From Planctomycetota bacterium (GTDB taxonomy: Bacteria; Planctomycetota; Phycisphaerae; WQYP01), in contig JAKBBN010000004.1 of assembly GCA_021808485.1 (NCBI GenBank), forward strand, positions 5,523-69,522: a stretch of DNA of 64,000 bases, read 5' to 3'. A model generated the notes under the pieces. That model saw only the letters and a list, made by a program, of their open reading frames with translations, was not told where the DNA came from and did not search any database. Position 1 is the first letter of the stretch; each line of letters begins with the position of its first letter. Position numbers and translations under genes: made by a program. Below are positions 1 through 9,071 of this stretch, one piece after another.

Positions 1-545
1 GCGGCGCAGGCCGTGAGGCAATTCATCGCCGGTCCGCGGGCATTGAATTCCATGCTTAGATGGGCGATGGGCATGGAAGGTTCCTGTTCTATTTCACGCA
101 GCGGCTGAAAATTGGCAAGGGCGCGGCGACCCCATTCGGGCATATTGAGCGATCGCGAATCGTAATCCCAGGCGGCCAGGGCGGTGCGCGTAAAGTTTTC
201 AAAATCAAGCGGGCCTTCCCCGCCGCCAAGATAAACACCCACATCATAGGGGTTAATTTGCGTGCCGTGATTCATGCCGGCCTGCTGCCATGCCTGCCGC
301 GCCGCGTCCAAGGCAAAAAGCGTGGCGCGGGCCGCGGATTTATGCCGCCCGCCGGCCGCAAGTTCCGGGGGAAAGCTGTAATTTTTTACTTCCGCGGCAA
401 AAGTGGTCGGAAATGATCGGGCATCAAACAGCGTCGTGGGCGCCACGCCGCTTTCGCCGGCCAGCAGGCCGCGCCATACATCTTCCAGGGTCCTTCCGAG
501 CGGTGTAACCCATCCCATGCCGGTGATGACTACTCTATGCTGCAT
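1..545 (-). CDS. beta-ketoacyl synthase (canonical KS, N-terminal ~180 aa; C-terminus lies left of the window)
   Basis: My own minus-strand translation from the ATG at 545..543 gives MQHRVVITGMGWVTPLG ... GPAMNCLTACAAS. That is a typical KAS N-terminus with the active-site Cys motif. A GGAG sits 9 nt upstream of the ATG. The ORF runs off the left edge, so it is absent from the supplied track. Confidence 0.7.
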   Translation of the reverse strand, partial: MQHRVVITGMGWVTPLGRTLEDVWRGLLAGESGVAPTTLFDARSFPTTFAAEVKNYSFPPELAAGGRHKSAARATLFALDAARQAWQQAGMNHGTQINPYDVGVYLGGGEGPLDFENFTRTALAAWDYDSRSLNMPEWGRRALANFQPLREIEQEPSMPIAHLSMEFNARGPAMNCLTACA

Positions 546-604
546 TGTGTGATGCTCCAGTTCGTTTTCTTGTTGCCCGATCATTGGTTCCGCGGATCAA
601 CCGG

Positions 605-1960
605 CTAATCCGCACCGGTGAATCTGCGGAGAATGACCACCGAATTCTGCCCCGCCAGAGAGGTGGACATTACCATGACATGGCGGATATCGGCCTGATC
701 CACCCGACTGTGGGATACCCGCAGGCCGGCAATCGGATGCTGATTGTTGACGGTTGGAAAAATCGCCTGGCTGTCCACGGTAAGGGCGGCGGCAACCAGA
801 TCAATCGCCTGACTGCCCGCCCCGCAGTCGCCCAAGCCGCCGCGGGCGGCAGCCACCACCGGCTTGTGCCCCTTGAACACGCGGTTAATGGCCGCGGCAT
901 CCGCCTGATCATAGGCGGCAACGCCGTAAGCGGATGGAATAACAACATCAATATCAGCCGGGGAAATGGCCGCCTTGGCCAGCGCTTTTTCCATGGCCAC
1001 GCTTAACGCTTCGCCGGTGGGCTGGGCCTGACAAATTTCACCGGCCGTGCTGGATTCGCCGGAACCGGAAATTTCACAGTAAATTTCCGCCCCGCGGGCT
1101 TTGGCGCTTTGCAGTTCTTCAATGACCAGAACTCCGCCGCCCTCCGCCACCACCGTGCCATCGGCCTGCATATCCAGCGGTCGGCAGGCTTGCGCCGGGC
1201 TGTCATTGCTTTTGGTCGCCAGGCGGTTCAGCAACGCCCATCGCATGAGTCCGACCGGGTGAATAATGGATTCACAGCCGCCCACCAGGGCGATATCCGC
1301 CTGGCCGCGGGCTATCGTGCGGCAGGCTTCGCCCAGCGCCAGGCCGGCTGATGCCTGTCCGCAGGTGATTGTATTTGACGGCCCCTGTGTGTCGTGAATG
1401 ATGCTCACATGGCAGGCGAGCATATTGGGAAGATATTTGAGCAGCCATAAGGGTGTAAGGTTTTCCATACCGCTGGTGCGGCTGGGATCATCCGATCGGC
1501 CCCATCGGCGCATATCCAGATTGCCGTCGGGGCTTTTGGCCTCGGCAATGGCGGCGGCAAGTTCGGTTAAATCCGCACAAATAAGGCCGGCGCCAATGTT
1601 GCAGCCGACGCGGGCGGGGTCCGGAACATACCATGTTTCATCCGGTTTTTTACCGCCGCTGGCTTCAAGGATGCCGCGTGTGGCAATTTTGGCGTCGCGC
1701 AAGGCGCCATCCGCGGCCAGCACGGCGAGTTCAATATCGCGGGCCATGATTTTGGTGGCCTTGCGGTAGCTTTTTGGAACATAATCCGTAACCTTATAGC
1801 CTGGGACGCCGCCTGCCACCCGGCTGGGGAAACTTTCACTGTTGAATTGAGTTAATGGCCCTGTACTGGACTTTCCGTCCAATAATCCATTCCAAAAATC
1901 CGATGTAGTTAATCCATGGGGAGAAACGGCTCCCAAACCGGTAACAACCACGCGCCGCAT
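605..1960 (-). CDS. ketosynthase-family protein, chain-length-factor-like (non-catalytic KS paralogue)
   Basis: Track ORF 605..1999, with the start reassigned to the internal MRRVVVTGLGAVSP (ATG 1960..1958). KAS fold throughout. Against E. coli FabF the active-site Cys position reads Gln (GPSNTITCGQASAG), and the two catalytic His positions read Tyr (PSAYGVAAYD) and Asp (GGLGDCGAG). Confidence 0.65.
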   Translation of the reverse strand: MRRVVVTGLGAVSPHGLTTSDFWNGLLDGKSSTGPLTQFNSESFPSRVAGGVPGYKVTDYVPKSYRKATKIMARDIELAVLAADGALRDAKIATRGILEASGGKKPDETWYVPDPARVGCNIGAGLICADLTELAAAIAEAKSPDGNLDMRRWGRSDDPSRTSGMENLTPLWLLKYLPNMLACHVSIIHDTQGPSNTITCGQASAGLALGEACRTIARGQADIALVGGCESIIHPVGLMRWALLNRLATKSNDSPAQACRPLDMQADGTVVAEGGGVLVIEELQSAKARGAEIYCEISGSGESSTAGEICQAQPTGEALSVAMEKALAKAAISPADIDVVIPSAYGVAAYDQADAAAINRVFKGHKPVVAAARGGLGDCGAGSQAIDLVAAALTVDSQAIFPTVNNQHPIAGLRVSHSRVDQADIRHVMVMSTSLAGQNSVVILRRFTGAD

Positions 1961-2345
1961 GAAAACTCCGTTCAATTCCGCCCGCAGGCTCCAAACCAAA
2001 GGGAATTCTACGGACCATTATGCCCAAAGCCAACCCAACGGTGCAGCACGCTTGTTGAACACCAGGAATTATGAAAGCCGCTCCGGCAGGAAATGCGATT
2101 TGGCAGGGGCGGGACGGCATATTCGCAAAAAAGAAATATAAAATATGGATTCCCAAGACTATTCACTTGAATTTACGAATTGAATTTGGCATGATACCTA
2201 GCACAACGGCTGAGGTCGGCGATTTTCGCCGGTTTTCAGCTTTTTTCGATAGAAAGCGGCGGCCTGATTTGGCGCTGGTGTAATTCGCCGTTGTGCGGAC
2301 GCCCGCTACCCAATTCAACGCAGTCGTAAGTTGTATGAGGCTTTT

Positions 2346-4232
2346 ATGTCCACTGTGACTCCCTCCACCGGGGCGGTCGGTATTGCGCCGGCAGCCAAAA
2401 CTGATTCCACAAAACCTTCCGCAACACGCAGCAAAGAATCCGCTGCGGATGTTTCCGAGGCGTCCGCACAGGCGCTGCCGGTTTTGGGTAAGCCTGTCGG
2501 CCCGACCGGGCGCTACATCGGCATGACCGGCGCGCAAATTCTTTTGCAAATGCTGGTGGAACACGGCGTGACGGATGCCTTCGGTTATCCCGGAGGGGCG
2601 ATTCTTCCCACGTTTGATCAACTTTACGAAAAACAGCTCAATTTTATCCTTGTGCGGCACGAGCAGGGCGCCGGCCACATGGCGGATGGATATGCCCGCG
2701 CTACGGGCAAACCCGGCATCGTGATTGTGACCAGCGGCCCGGGCGCCACCAATACGGTCACGCCGCTTGGCACCGCGTACATGGACAGCATTCCCATGAT
2801 CGTGTTTTCCGGGCAGGTGCGCACCTATATGATCGGTAATGACGCCTTTCAGGAAGCCGATGTGACCGGCATTACCCGTCCGGTTACCAAGCGGAATTAC
2901 TTGGTGAAAAGTGTCAAGGATTTGCCGCGCATCATCAACGAGGCGTTCATAATCGCCACCACCGGGCGGCCGGGGCCGGTGCTTGTGGATCTGCCCGTGG
3001 ATGTGACCACCAGTAAAATCGAGGAAATCATTGATGATTCTCCCAATCTGCCGGGATATAAAATATTCAAGGCCGGCCACAGCCGCATGACCAGATCCGC
3101 GGCGGAAATGATCAACGGTTCGCAGCGGCCGGTGCTGTACGTCGGCGGCGGGGCCATATTGTCCGATGCGTGGCCGGAGGTTCGGCAGCTGGCGGAAAAA
3201 GGGAATATTCCCACAACCACCACGTTGCTGGGAATGGGCGCGTTTGACGAGAACAGCCCTTTGAGCCTGCACATGCTGGGCATGCACGGCAGTGCCTACG
3301 CCAATTACGCCGTTCAGGAATCCGATTGCCTGATTGCCGTGGGCGCACGCTTTGATGACCGCGTGACGGGCAACCTGAAGCTTTTTGCCCCCAAGGCGCG
3401 GATTATCCATGTCGATATAGATCCCACCAGCATCAGCAAAAATGTGAAGGTGGACGTTCCCGTGGTGGGCGATGCGAAAGCGAGCCTGCGTGACATGCTT
3501 GCCATTATTGAGCATCGGCCGCGTACGGAATGGTTTGCTCAAATTGCCGAATGGAAAGCCAGATTTCCATTCACTTACAAGGATGATTCTCCGCTGGCCA
3601 AGCCCCAGGCGGTCATTGAAGCCATTAACCAGGTGACCAAAGGCAAAGCGGTGTTTACCACCGGTGTGGGCCAGCATCAGATGTGGGCGGCGCAGTTCAT
3701 CCGCTGGAGCAAACCGCGCAGCATGATCACCAGCGGCGGGCTGGGGACCATGGGTTTCGGACTGCCCGCGGCCATCGGCGCCCAGGTGGGCCGGCCCAAC
3801 GATCTGGTGATTGATATCGACGGCGACGCCAGCTATATCATGACCGCCATGGAGTTGGCCACCATTCGCCAGTACAACCTTCCGGTTAAGGTGGCGATTC
3901 TCAATAATAACTTCCAGGGCATGGTGCGGCAGTGGCAGCAGCTTTTTTATAAAGGCCGTTTTTCCCATTCCGAAATGGTCAATCCGGATTTCGCCGCGAT
4001 GGCGGAAAGTTTCGGTATTCGCGGCATACGCTGCGAGCGGAAGGAAGATGTGCTGAAAACCGTTAAGGAAATGGTGAACCATCCCGGGCCGTGCGTGGTC
4101 GATTTTTTATGCGAAACCGCCGAAAACGTTTACCCGATGGTGGCCAGCGGCAAAGGGCTGCATGAAATGGAATTGGGCGTTGTCGGCACGGCGCCGCCCA
4201 ACAGCGGCCGGGAAATGGGATCCCTGGCGTAA
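2346..4232 (+). CDS. ilvB: acetolactate synthase large subunit (ThDP-dependent)
   Basis: 633-aa track ORF with the full ALS motif set (GYPGGAIL, ThDP-binding GDASYIMTAMELAT...NN). GAGG sits 6 nt before the ATG at 2346. There is a ~60-aa Ser/Thr/Ala-rich N-terminal extension, so the conserved core may instead start at M2523 (MTGAQILLQMLVEHGV). Confidence 0.85.
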   Translation: MSTVTPSTGAVGIAPAAKTDSTKPSATRSKESAADVSEASAQALPVLGKPVGPTGRYIGMTGAQILLQMLVEHGVTDAFGYPGGAILPTFDQLYEKQLNFILVRHEQGAGHMADGYARATGKPGIVIVTSGPGATNTVTPLGTAYMDSIPMIVFSGQVRTYMIGNDAFQEADVTGITRPVTKRNYLVKSVKDLPRIINEAFIIATTGRPGPVLVDLPVDVTTSKIEEIIDDSPNLPGYKIFKAGHSRMTRSAAEMINGSQRPVLYVGGGAILSDAWPEVRQLAEKGNIPTTTTLLGMGAFDENSPLSLHMLGMHGSAYANYAVQESDCLIAVGARFDDRVTGNLKLFAPKARIIHVDIDPTSISKNVKVDVPVVGDAKASLRDMLAIIEHRPRTEWFAQIAEWKARFPFTYKDDSPLAKPQAVIEAINQVTKGKAVFTTGVGQHQMWAAQFIRWSKPRSMITSGGLGTMGFGLPAAIGAQVGRPNDLVIDIDGDASYIMTAMELATIRQYNLPVKVAILNNNFQGMVRQWQQLFYKGRFSHSEMVNPDFAAMAESFGIRGIRCERKEDVLKTVKEMVNHPGPCVVDFLCETAENVYPMVASGKGLHEMELGVVGTAPPNSGREMGSLA

Positions 4233-4411
4233 ATTCGCCGGCATGTCAATTTTTGTCAGCAATGACCGTCGCCTGACGCGGCGGTCATGACCGGGCCGAC
4301 CTTGGCGGACCGTACCGGGCTTCGAATGCCCGGCCGTTCCCGCGGACGGCAAGGCCGTCGCGGCGATGGTTCGGCCCCGGCTTAAAATCGCTCAATTAAT
4401 GGAGTCATACC

Positions 4412-5002
4412 ATGAAACATGTGATTACCGCCCTTGTGATGAATGAACCCGGCGTTCTGGCCCATGTGGCCGGGATGTTTGCCGCACGCGGATTTAATAT
4501 TGATTCGCTGGTGGTGGGCCGCACGGAAGATCCAAATTTATCCCGCATGACCATCGTTACCGTGGCCGATGAGCGCACGCTGGACCAGGTGCGCAAGCAG
4601 CTGGCGAAAATAGTGACGGTGGTGAAAGTTCGCGATTACAAGGAGGTTCCCTTTGTGTCGCGCGATCTGATGCTGGTCAAGCTGCGGAGCACCGCCGCCA
4701 CCCGCGGGGAAATTATTGAATTGACCAGCCTTTTCCGCGGGCAGGTGGTGGATGTCGGTACAAACTCGATTATCGTTCAACTTGCCGGCCAGGAAGAAAA
4801 GTTTGAGGCGTTCGTTGAACTTGTGCGGCCTTACGGCATTCTGGAACTGGGGCGAACCGGCGTGGTGGCCATGGCCCGCGGGACGGATTCACTGCGAAAT
4901 CCCGGCGCTGAAGAGGCTTCTGCGGGCAAGGCGCCGCGCACTGCGATTGCGGCAAAGCGCCAGCCGACGCAGGAAGAACTGGAATCCACGCCGCCGGGCT
5001 AA
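4412..5002 (+). CDS. ilvH: acetolactate synthase small (regulatory) subunit
   Basis: The N-terminal ACT domain MKHVITALVMNEPGVLAHVAGMFAARGFNIDSLVVG is diagnostic. GGAG RBS present. Lies 180 nt downstream of ilvB. Confidence 0.85.
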   Translation: MKHVITALVMNEPGVLAHVAGMFAARGFNIDSLVVGRTEDPNLSRMTIVTVADERTLDQVRKQLAKIVTVVKVRDYKEVPFVSRDLMLVKLRSTAATRGEIIELTSLFRGQVVDVGTNSIIVQLAGQEEKFEAFVELVRPYGILELGRTGVVAMARGTDSLRNPGAEEASAGKAPRTAIAAKRQPTQEELESTPPG

Positions 5003-5086
5003 GCTGTCATTCGTGCCGGTTTCCGGCGCGTCATTATGATTGCCGTTTTTTGCGCCGCAAGTCCGCAAGGTTAAAGCGTCGGGGCA

Positions 5087-5626
5087 TTACCGCCGGTGCG
5101 GGCCTGTTTCCCCAGTGTCCGCAGTCTGCCCAGTGTGACCAGTCTCCCCGGTCTCCCCGGTCTGCATTGTTTTCGGGGCTTCCGCGGAATCCGGCTGTGC
5201 GGCCGGCGGCCGGCCGGATTTTTCCGATTTGCCGCGGAATTTCCTCCACAGGCCGGGCATTTCATGCCATGGCACGGTCGCAATAATATCTGCTGCGCCG
5301 GAACGGATGGCGGTGTCCACAATTTTGCCGAAAGCGGATTTGGCGGAAGATTTCGGCGTTGAAGATTCCGCCGCGGACCGGGCCGGTTCTGCCGCAGGCC
5401 CGGCCGGTTCAGCCGCGGATCGCCGGCGGCGGGCGCCGCGCGTCAGGAACAGTCCGGCGACAATTGCCGCGGCCATCGCGCCGAACGGATATTTTTGTAC
5501 CAGGGCCGCGGGCGACATCGCCTGTTGAACCTGATGGGTCAGCTGCTTCACATCCCGGTGCATGTCATCCAGCAGGTCTTCGCGCCGCTGCTCCATGCCC
5601 TTGATTTCCGTTCTTAAACTCATCAT
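5087..5626 (-). CDS. hypothetical coiled-coil/TM protein, YqjK-like position in a YqjD-YqjE-YqjK-type triad
   Basis: 179 aa. N-terminal coiled coil plus one TM helix, then a low-complexity tail (GETGETGHTGQTADTGETG) encoded by 9-nt tandem repeats. The start overlaps the stop of the upstream gene (ATGA). Confidence 0.35.
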   Translation of the reverse strand: MMSLRTEIKGMEQRREDLLDDMHRDVKQLTHQVQQAMSPAALVQKYPFGAMAAAIVAGLFLTRGARRRRSAAEPAGPAAEPARSAAESSTPKSSAKSAFGKIVDTAIRSGAADIIATVPWHEMPGLWRKFRGKSEKSGRPPAAQPDSAEAPKTMQTGETGETGHTGQTADTGETGPHRR

Positions 5627-6051
5627 TCATCTCCACGGGAAGCCGGCCGCCCGTCGCCGGCGGTATGGCGCGCCGGTGCGCCCGCATCGGTAATGCGCCG
5701 CGCCGCCAGCACCAGACTGATGCAGACAATAAAGTGAAACAGGGCGAACAGCAGAAAAACATCCCGTGTCGGCATCATGCGGTCCAATGACTGGAATATG
5801 CTGATGTATAGAAATACGATACCGGTCAGCGCCGCCAGGAACGCCATCGCCAGCAATCCCAGCTTGAAAAAGGAAGCCTGCACCGCCGCCAGAACTTTAA
5901 GCGCCGCCAGCCGCACCTGGAGTTCCGCAAGTTCCAGCAGATGGGACAGTAATCTGCGTCCGGGCGATTCCTCCGGACCGGCTGCTTTTTCACCGGTTTG
6001 CGACGGGGAATCGGGGGGGGACGGTGGAGCGGTTGGACCGGTCTGGTGCAT
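5623..6051 (-). CDS. small two-TM membrane protein, YqjE / phage-holin-family (DUF1469)-like
   Basis: 142 aa with two hydrophobic helices (LAMAFLAALTGIVFLYISIF, FLLFALFHFIVCISLVLAA). Sits between the DUF883 gene and the YqjK-like gene, as in E. coli yqjDEK. Confidence 0.4.
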   Translation of the reverse strand: MHQTGPTAPPSPPDSPSQTGEKAAGPEESPGRRLLSHLLELAELQVRLAALKVLAAVQASFFKLGLLAMAFLAALTGIVFLYISIFQSLDRMMPTRDVFLLFALFHFIVCISLVLAARRITDAGAPARHTAGDGRPASRGDE

Positions 6052-6201
6052 AACAAATAACCCTTATGCGGCGGGGGCCGTATGCAGCCTTACCCGGCAA
6101 TTATGCGAAAGCACGGCCGCCGTGCCGCACAGATCAAAACCTGCGCGAGCCGACAGGCCCAAACCGCCGGCGTTGAGCCTGCTTTCCTGCCGTGCCGTCA
6201 A

Positions 6202-6534
6202 TCAATCACGACCGCCGCGAAACCGGATCATCATACCGACCATAACCCCTATGCCCGCGGCAATTGCCAGCGATTTGTAGGGGTTATGCCGCACGTAGCT
6301 GATCGTGGAAACGTGCATGGACTCGGCGCGAGTCCGGATTTTCTCGCCTTTCGTTGAGGCCCAATCCCTGGCATGGGCCGCAAGTTCCGTCGCCCCGGCG
6401 GTGGCAACGTGCCGTGCTTCGCCGGCAAGTTCCGCAACCGCATGGCCGGCGGCGACGGCCTTCTGACGAAGTGCATCCGTATGCACGCCGCCGGTTGAAA
6501 CCTTTCCATCACCGGTTAGTACTGCGTTCGTCAT
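6202..6534 (-). CDS. DUF883 family membrane-anchored protein (ElaB/YqjD/YgaM-like)
   Basis: 110 aa. The C-terminal HNPYKSLAIAAGIGVMVGMMI matches the ElaB/YqjD signature (NPW/Y..G.AAG.G.L.G). A coiled-coil segment lies N-terminal to it. Confidence 0.6.
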   Translation of the reverse strand: MTNAVLTGDGKVSTGGVHTDALRQKAVAAGHAVAELAGEARHVATAGATELAAHARDWASTKGEKIRTRAESMHVSTISYVRHNPYKSLAIAAGIGVMVGMMIRFRGGRD

Positions 6535-6744
6535 GATATGACTCCTTAAAATGGTGTAAAACCATCGCCGGCTCGTATCATCCCGGTCGCCGGGGTCAGC
6601 CGGCCTCCATTTCCCCCCTGATTAAGTTTATATTCGCAGGGCGGCCAAAAGCAAATATTTTCGATGATTTTTATGCGATTCGGCCTGCGGGAAATAAGAG
6701 CGGTTTTTCTTCGGGGCAGCCTGCCGCGTGTGGCGGGGGGGCAT

Positions 6745-8100
6745 TCAGACCAGTTGGCGGGCTTTTATGCTTAAATAACGATTAATAACCGCAATGGACA
6801 ACTGGCCCGCATCACTTTCCAGCAGTCCGGCGCCGGCTAGTTTGATCGTCTGTTTGTGGCTGTCCCGCTGGCTGACAAGCTGCCGGGCCGCAAGGACCTG
6901 AAAAACTTCCGAACGACTGTTTGGCGCGCCTTCGGCGGTTAAGTTCAGCAGGGGGTCCCGCAATGAAATGACCGTTACTAGGTGCCGCGTGCGGATGGTG
7001 CCAACCACGTCCGAAAGATTTGTGGCCAGTTGCGGATCATTCACATCCGTGAATATAAATATCATGGCCCGTCGGTTTTGACGCAGGCGAATGGCTTCAG
7101 CGAGTACGCTGTAGGATGGATACAGGTTTCGCGGCTCAATTTCCACCAGAGCCTTGATGATCCGTGAAACCGCCTTGGATGATCCCGCCGGCTTGATGAA
7201 CGTTTCCAGTTGATCGCGAAACACCATCAGGCCCACGCGGTCCGCCTGCCTGGCCACGACGTGCGCCAGGAGAATGGCGGCGTCGATGGCCACATCCAGG
7301 CCCGTCCCGCCGGCCACGGGCATCGCCATCATCCTCGCCGCATCAATGCACAGCAGCACATCCTGACTGCGCTCCATTTGATACACGTTGGTAATCAGTT
7401 TGCGGTGATGTGCCGATGCTTTCCAGTTGATATCGCGAAAGTCATCGTCGGGAAGGTAATCACGCAACTGCTCAAATTCCCGCCCCGCCCCAACCATCCG
7501 GCGCCGGTGCATGCCGATCTGGCTTAGCGCGCGGTTGCGCCGCAGCGCTTCATAGCGGCGGATGGGCGCAATGCTGGGGAAAATGGTAATGGGTGGAGGG
7601 GCGGCGGCCGCCTTGCGGCAGGAGGCGATCATTGTGGAGCCGGTGATGGTCAATACCGGCGGTGCGATACGCAGAATTCCCCGTTCATTGGGGGTAAGGG
7701 CCATGTCCGCGGATACCGCCTGCAGGGGGGGCAGGCGCCAACTGAAGCGGGCCGGTCTTATTTCCGGCAGTCCGGCCGGTCCGCCGGCGCCCTGTCCGCC
7801 CGAACCGGGCTGTTCAAGCACCACGTGCACCGCTCGCGGGCCGCGGTTTTCAATCCGCCAGATGATCCGCAATTCGCGGCCCACTTCACCGCGCGGCGGA
7901 AACAGCGGCGTTATGCGAATGTCATGGCGGCGCAGGGAAACGCCTTCCAGCAGAACGGCGGCAATCATGAGGGCGTCAATCGCCGCGGCCGCCGCTAGCA
8001 GCCACAGGCCGGCGCCGGCCGATACGGCCACGGCGCTCAGCAGGAGCGCCGCGGCCGCCGCTCCGGCGATCCAGAGGGTGATACGCCCGGGAATAATCAT
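6745..8100 (-). CDS. DUF58 domain protein (VWA-like partner of MoxR ATPases)
   Basis: 451 aa with N-terminal TM helices and the DUF58 core motif LRDYLPDDDFRDINWKASAH. Overlaps the upstream MoxR gene by 4 nt. Confidence 0.6.
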   Translation of the reverse strand: MIIPGRITLWIAGAAAAALLLSAVAVSAGAGLWLLAAAAAIDALMIAAVLLEGVSLRRHDIRITPLFPPRGEVGRELRIIWRIENRGPRAVHVVLEQPGSGGQGAGGPAGLPEIRPARFSWRLPPLQAVSADMALTPNERGILRIAPPVLTITGSTMIASCRKAAAAPPPITIFPSIAPIRRYEALRRNRALSQIGMHRRRMVGAGREFEQLRDYLPDDDFRDINWKASAHHRKLITNVYQMERSQDVLLCIDAARMMAMPVAGGTGLDVAIDAAILLAHVVARQADRVGLMVFRDQLETFIKPAGSSKAVSRIIKALVEIEPRNLYPSYSVLAEAIRLRQNRRAMIFIFTDVNDPQLATNLSDVVGTIRTRHLVTVISLRDPLLNLTAEGAPNSRSEVFQVLAARQLVSQRDSHKQTIKLAGAGLLESDAGQLSIAVINRYLSIKARQLV

Positions 8101-9071
8101 CGGGGAACCTCAAGCTTTTCCAGAATGCGCGCAATAACCTCGGATTTTATTGCGCCGGCTACCTCGGCATCGGCGGAAAGCGTGATCCGATGGTGCAGCA
8201 CCGGTTCCACCATCCGCACCACATCGTCCGGGGAGACGAAATCCCTTCCGTGCAGCATGGCCCAGGCCTTGGCGCACACGAGCAGTGCGATGGACGCCCG
8301 CGGACCTCCGCCCAACAAAATGGATTCATCGCGGCGCGTGGCCCGCACAATATCCAAAATGTATTTTAGAATCGGCGGGTCAACCCGAATGCCGGGCAGC
8401 GCCGCCTGCGCACGCTGCAACGCCGGAATATCCAGCAGCGGTTTGATTTCCGCCTGTTCCAATTTGTCCAAAGGCGCGCCGGTGTGGGTGCGATCCAGAA
8501 TAAACCGCTCCGCCTCAGCATCTGGATAATCGAGCTTGATTTTAAGAAGAAAGCGGTCCTGCAGGGCTTCCGGCAGGGGGTAGGTTCCCTCAAATTCCAC
8601 CGGGTTTTGTGTGGCGAAAATCGTGAATACCGGTGACAAAAGATGCCGCTGCCCGTCAATGGTCACATGCTTTTCCGCCATCGCCTCCAGCAGCGCGGAC
8701 TGGGTTTTGGCCGGAGCGCGGTTGATTTCGTCGGCCAGCAGCAGGTCGGTGAATATGGGGCCCTGGTGCAGATGAAAATCTTTTTCACCCGGCGTCAGGA
8801 TGGTGGTGCCGGTGATGTCCGACGGCATCAGATCCGGTGTAAAGGCGATGCGCTTGCTCCGGCAGTTGAGCGTGGCGGCCAGGGTGCGCACCGCCAGTGT
8901 CTTGCCGGTTCCCGGAACACCTTCCAGCAGGGCGTGCCCGCCGGCCACCAGCACCGTGAGCATGGAATCCAGCGCCCCATCCTGCCCGCGGATAATTTCG
9001 GCCGCCCGTTTTCGCACCGCGCCGAGCGCTTCAATGGCCCAAATTAACTCAGGATCTTGTATATCGGACAC
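8097..9071 (-). CDS. MoxR-family AAA+ ATPase
   Basis: 324 aa. Walker A GVPGTGKT, and a MoxR-type length and layout. Confidence 0.85.
   Translation of the reverse strand: MSDIQDPELIWAIEALGAVRKRAAEIIRGQDGALDSMLTVLVAGGHALLEGVPGTGKTLAVRTLAATLNCRSKRIAFTPDLMPSDITGTTILTPGEKDFHLHQGPIFTDLLLADEINRAPAKTQSALLEAMAEKHVTIDGQRHLLSPVFTIFATQNPVEFEGTYPLPEALQDRFLLKIKLDYPDAEAERFILDRTHTGAPLDKLEQAEIKPLLDIPALQRAQAALPGIRVDPPILKYILDIVRATRRDESILLGGGPRASIALLVCAKAWAMLHGRDFVSPDDVVRMVEPVLHHRITLSADAEVAGAIKSEVIARILEKLEVPR

Noticed and set aside
60-1006. Plus-strand ORFs at the left edge (60..416, 290..508, 545..1006)
   Set aside because: The region is fully explained by two minus-strand ketosynthase genes with strong family motifs.
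2163-4082. 639-aa minus-strand ORF antisense to ilvB
   Set aside because: It is a shadow ORF typical of high-GC DNA. The plus strand encodes an unambiguous acetolactate synthase over the same span.
5623-6051. Prophage or holin as evidence of a mobile element
   Set aside because: The holin-family (DUF1469) resemblance is the YqjE-type chromosomal membrane protein. No integrase, terminase, capsid or att-like features occur anywhere in the window.
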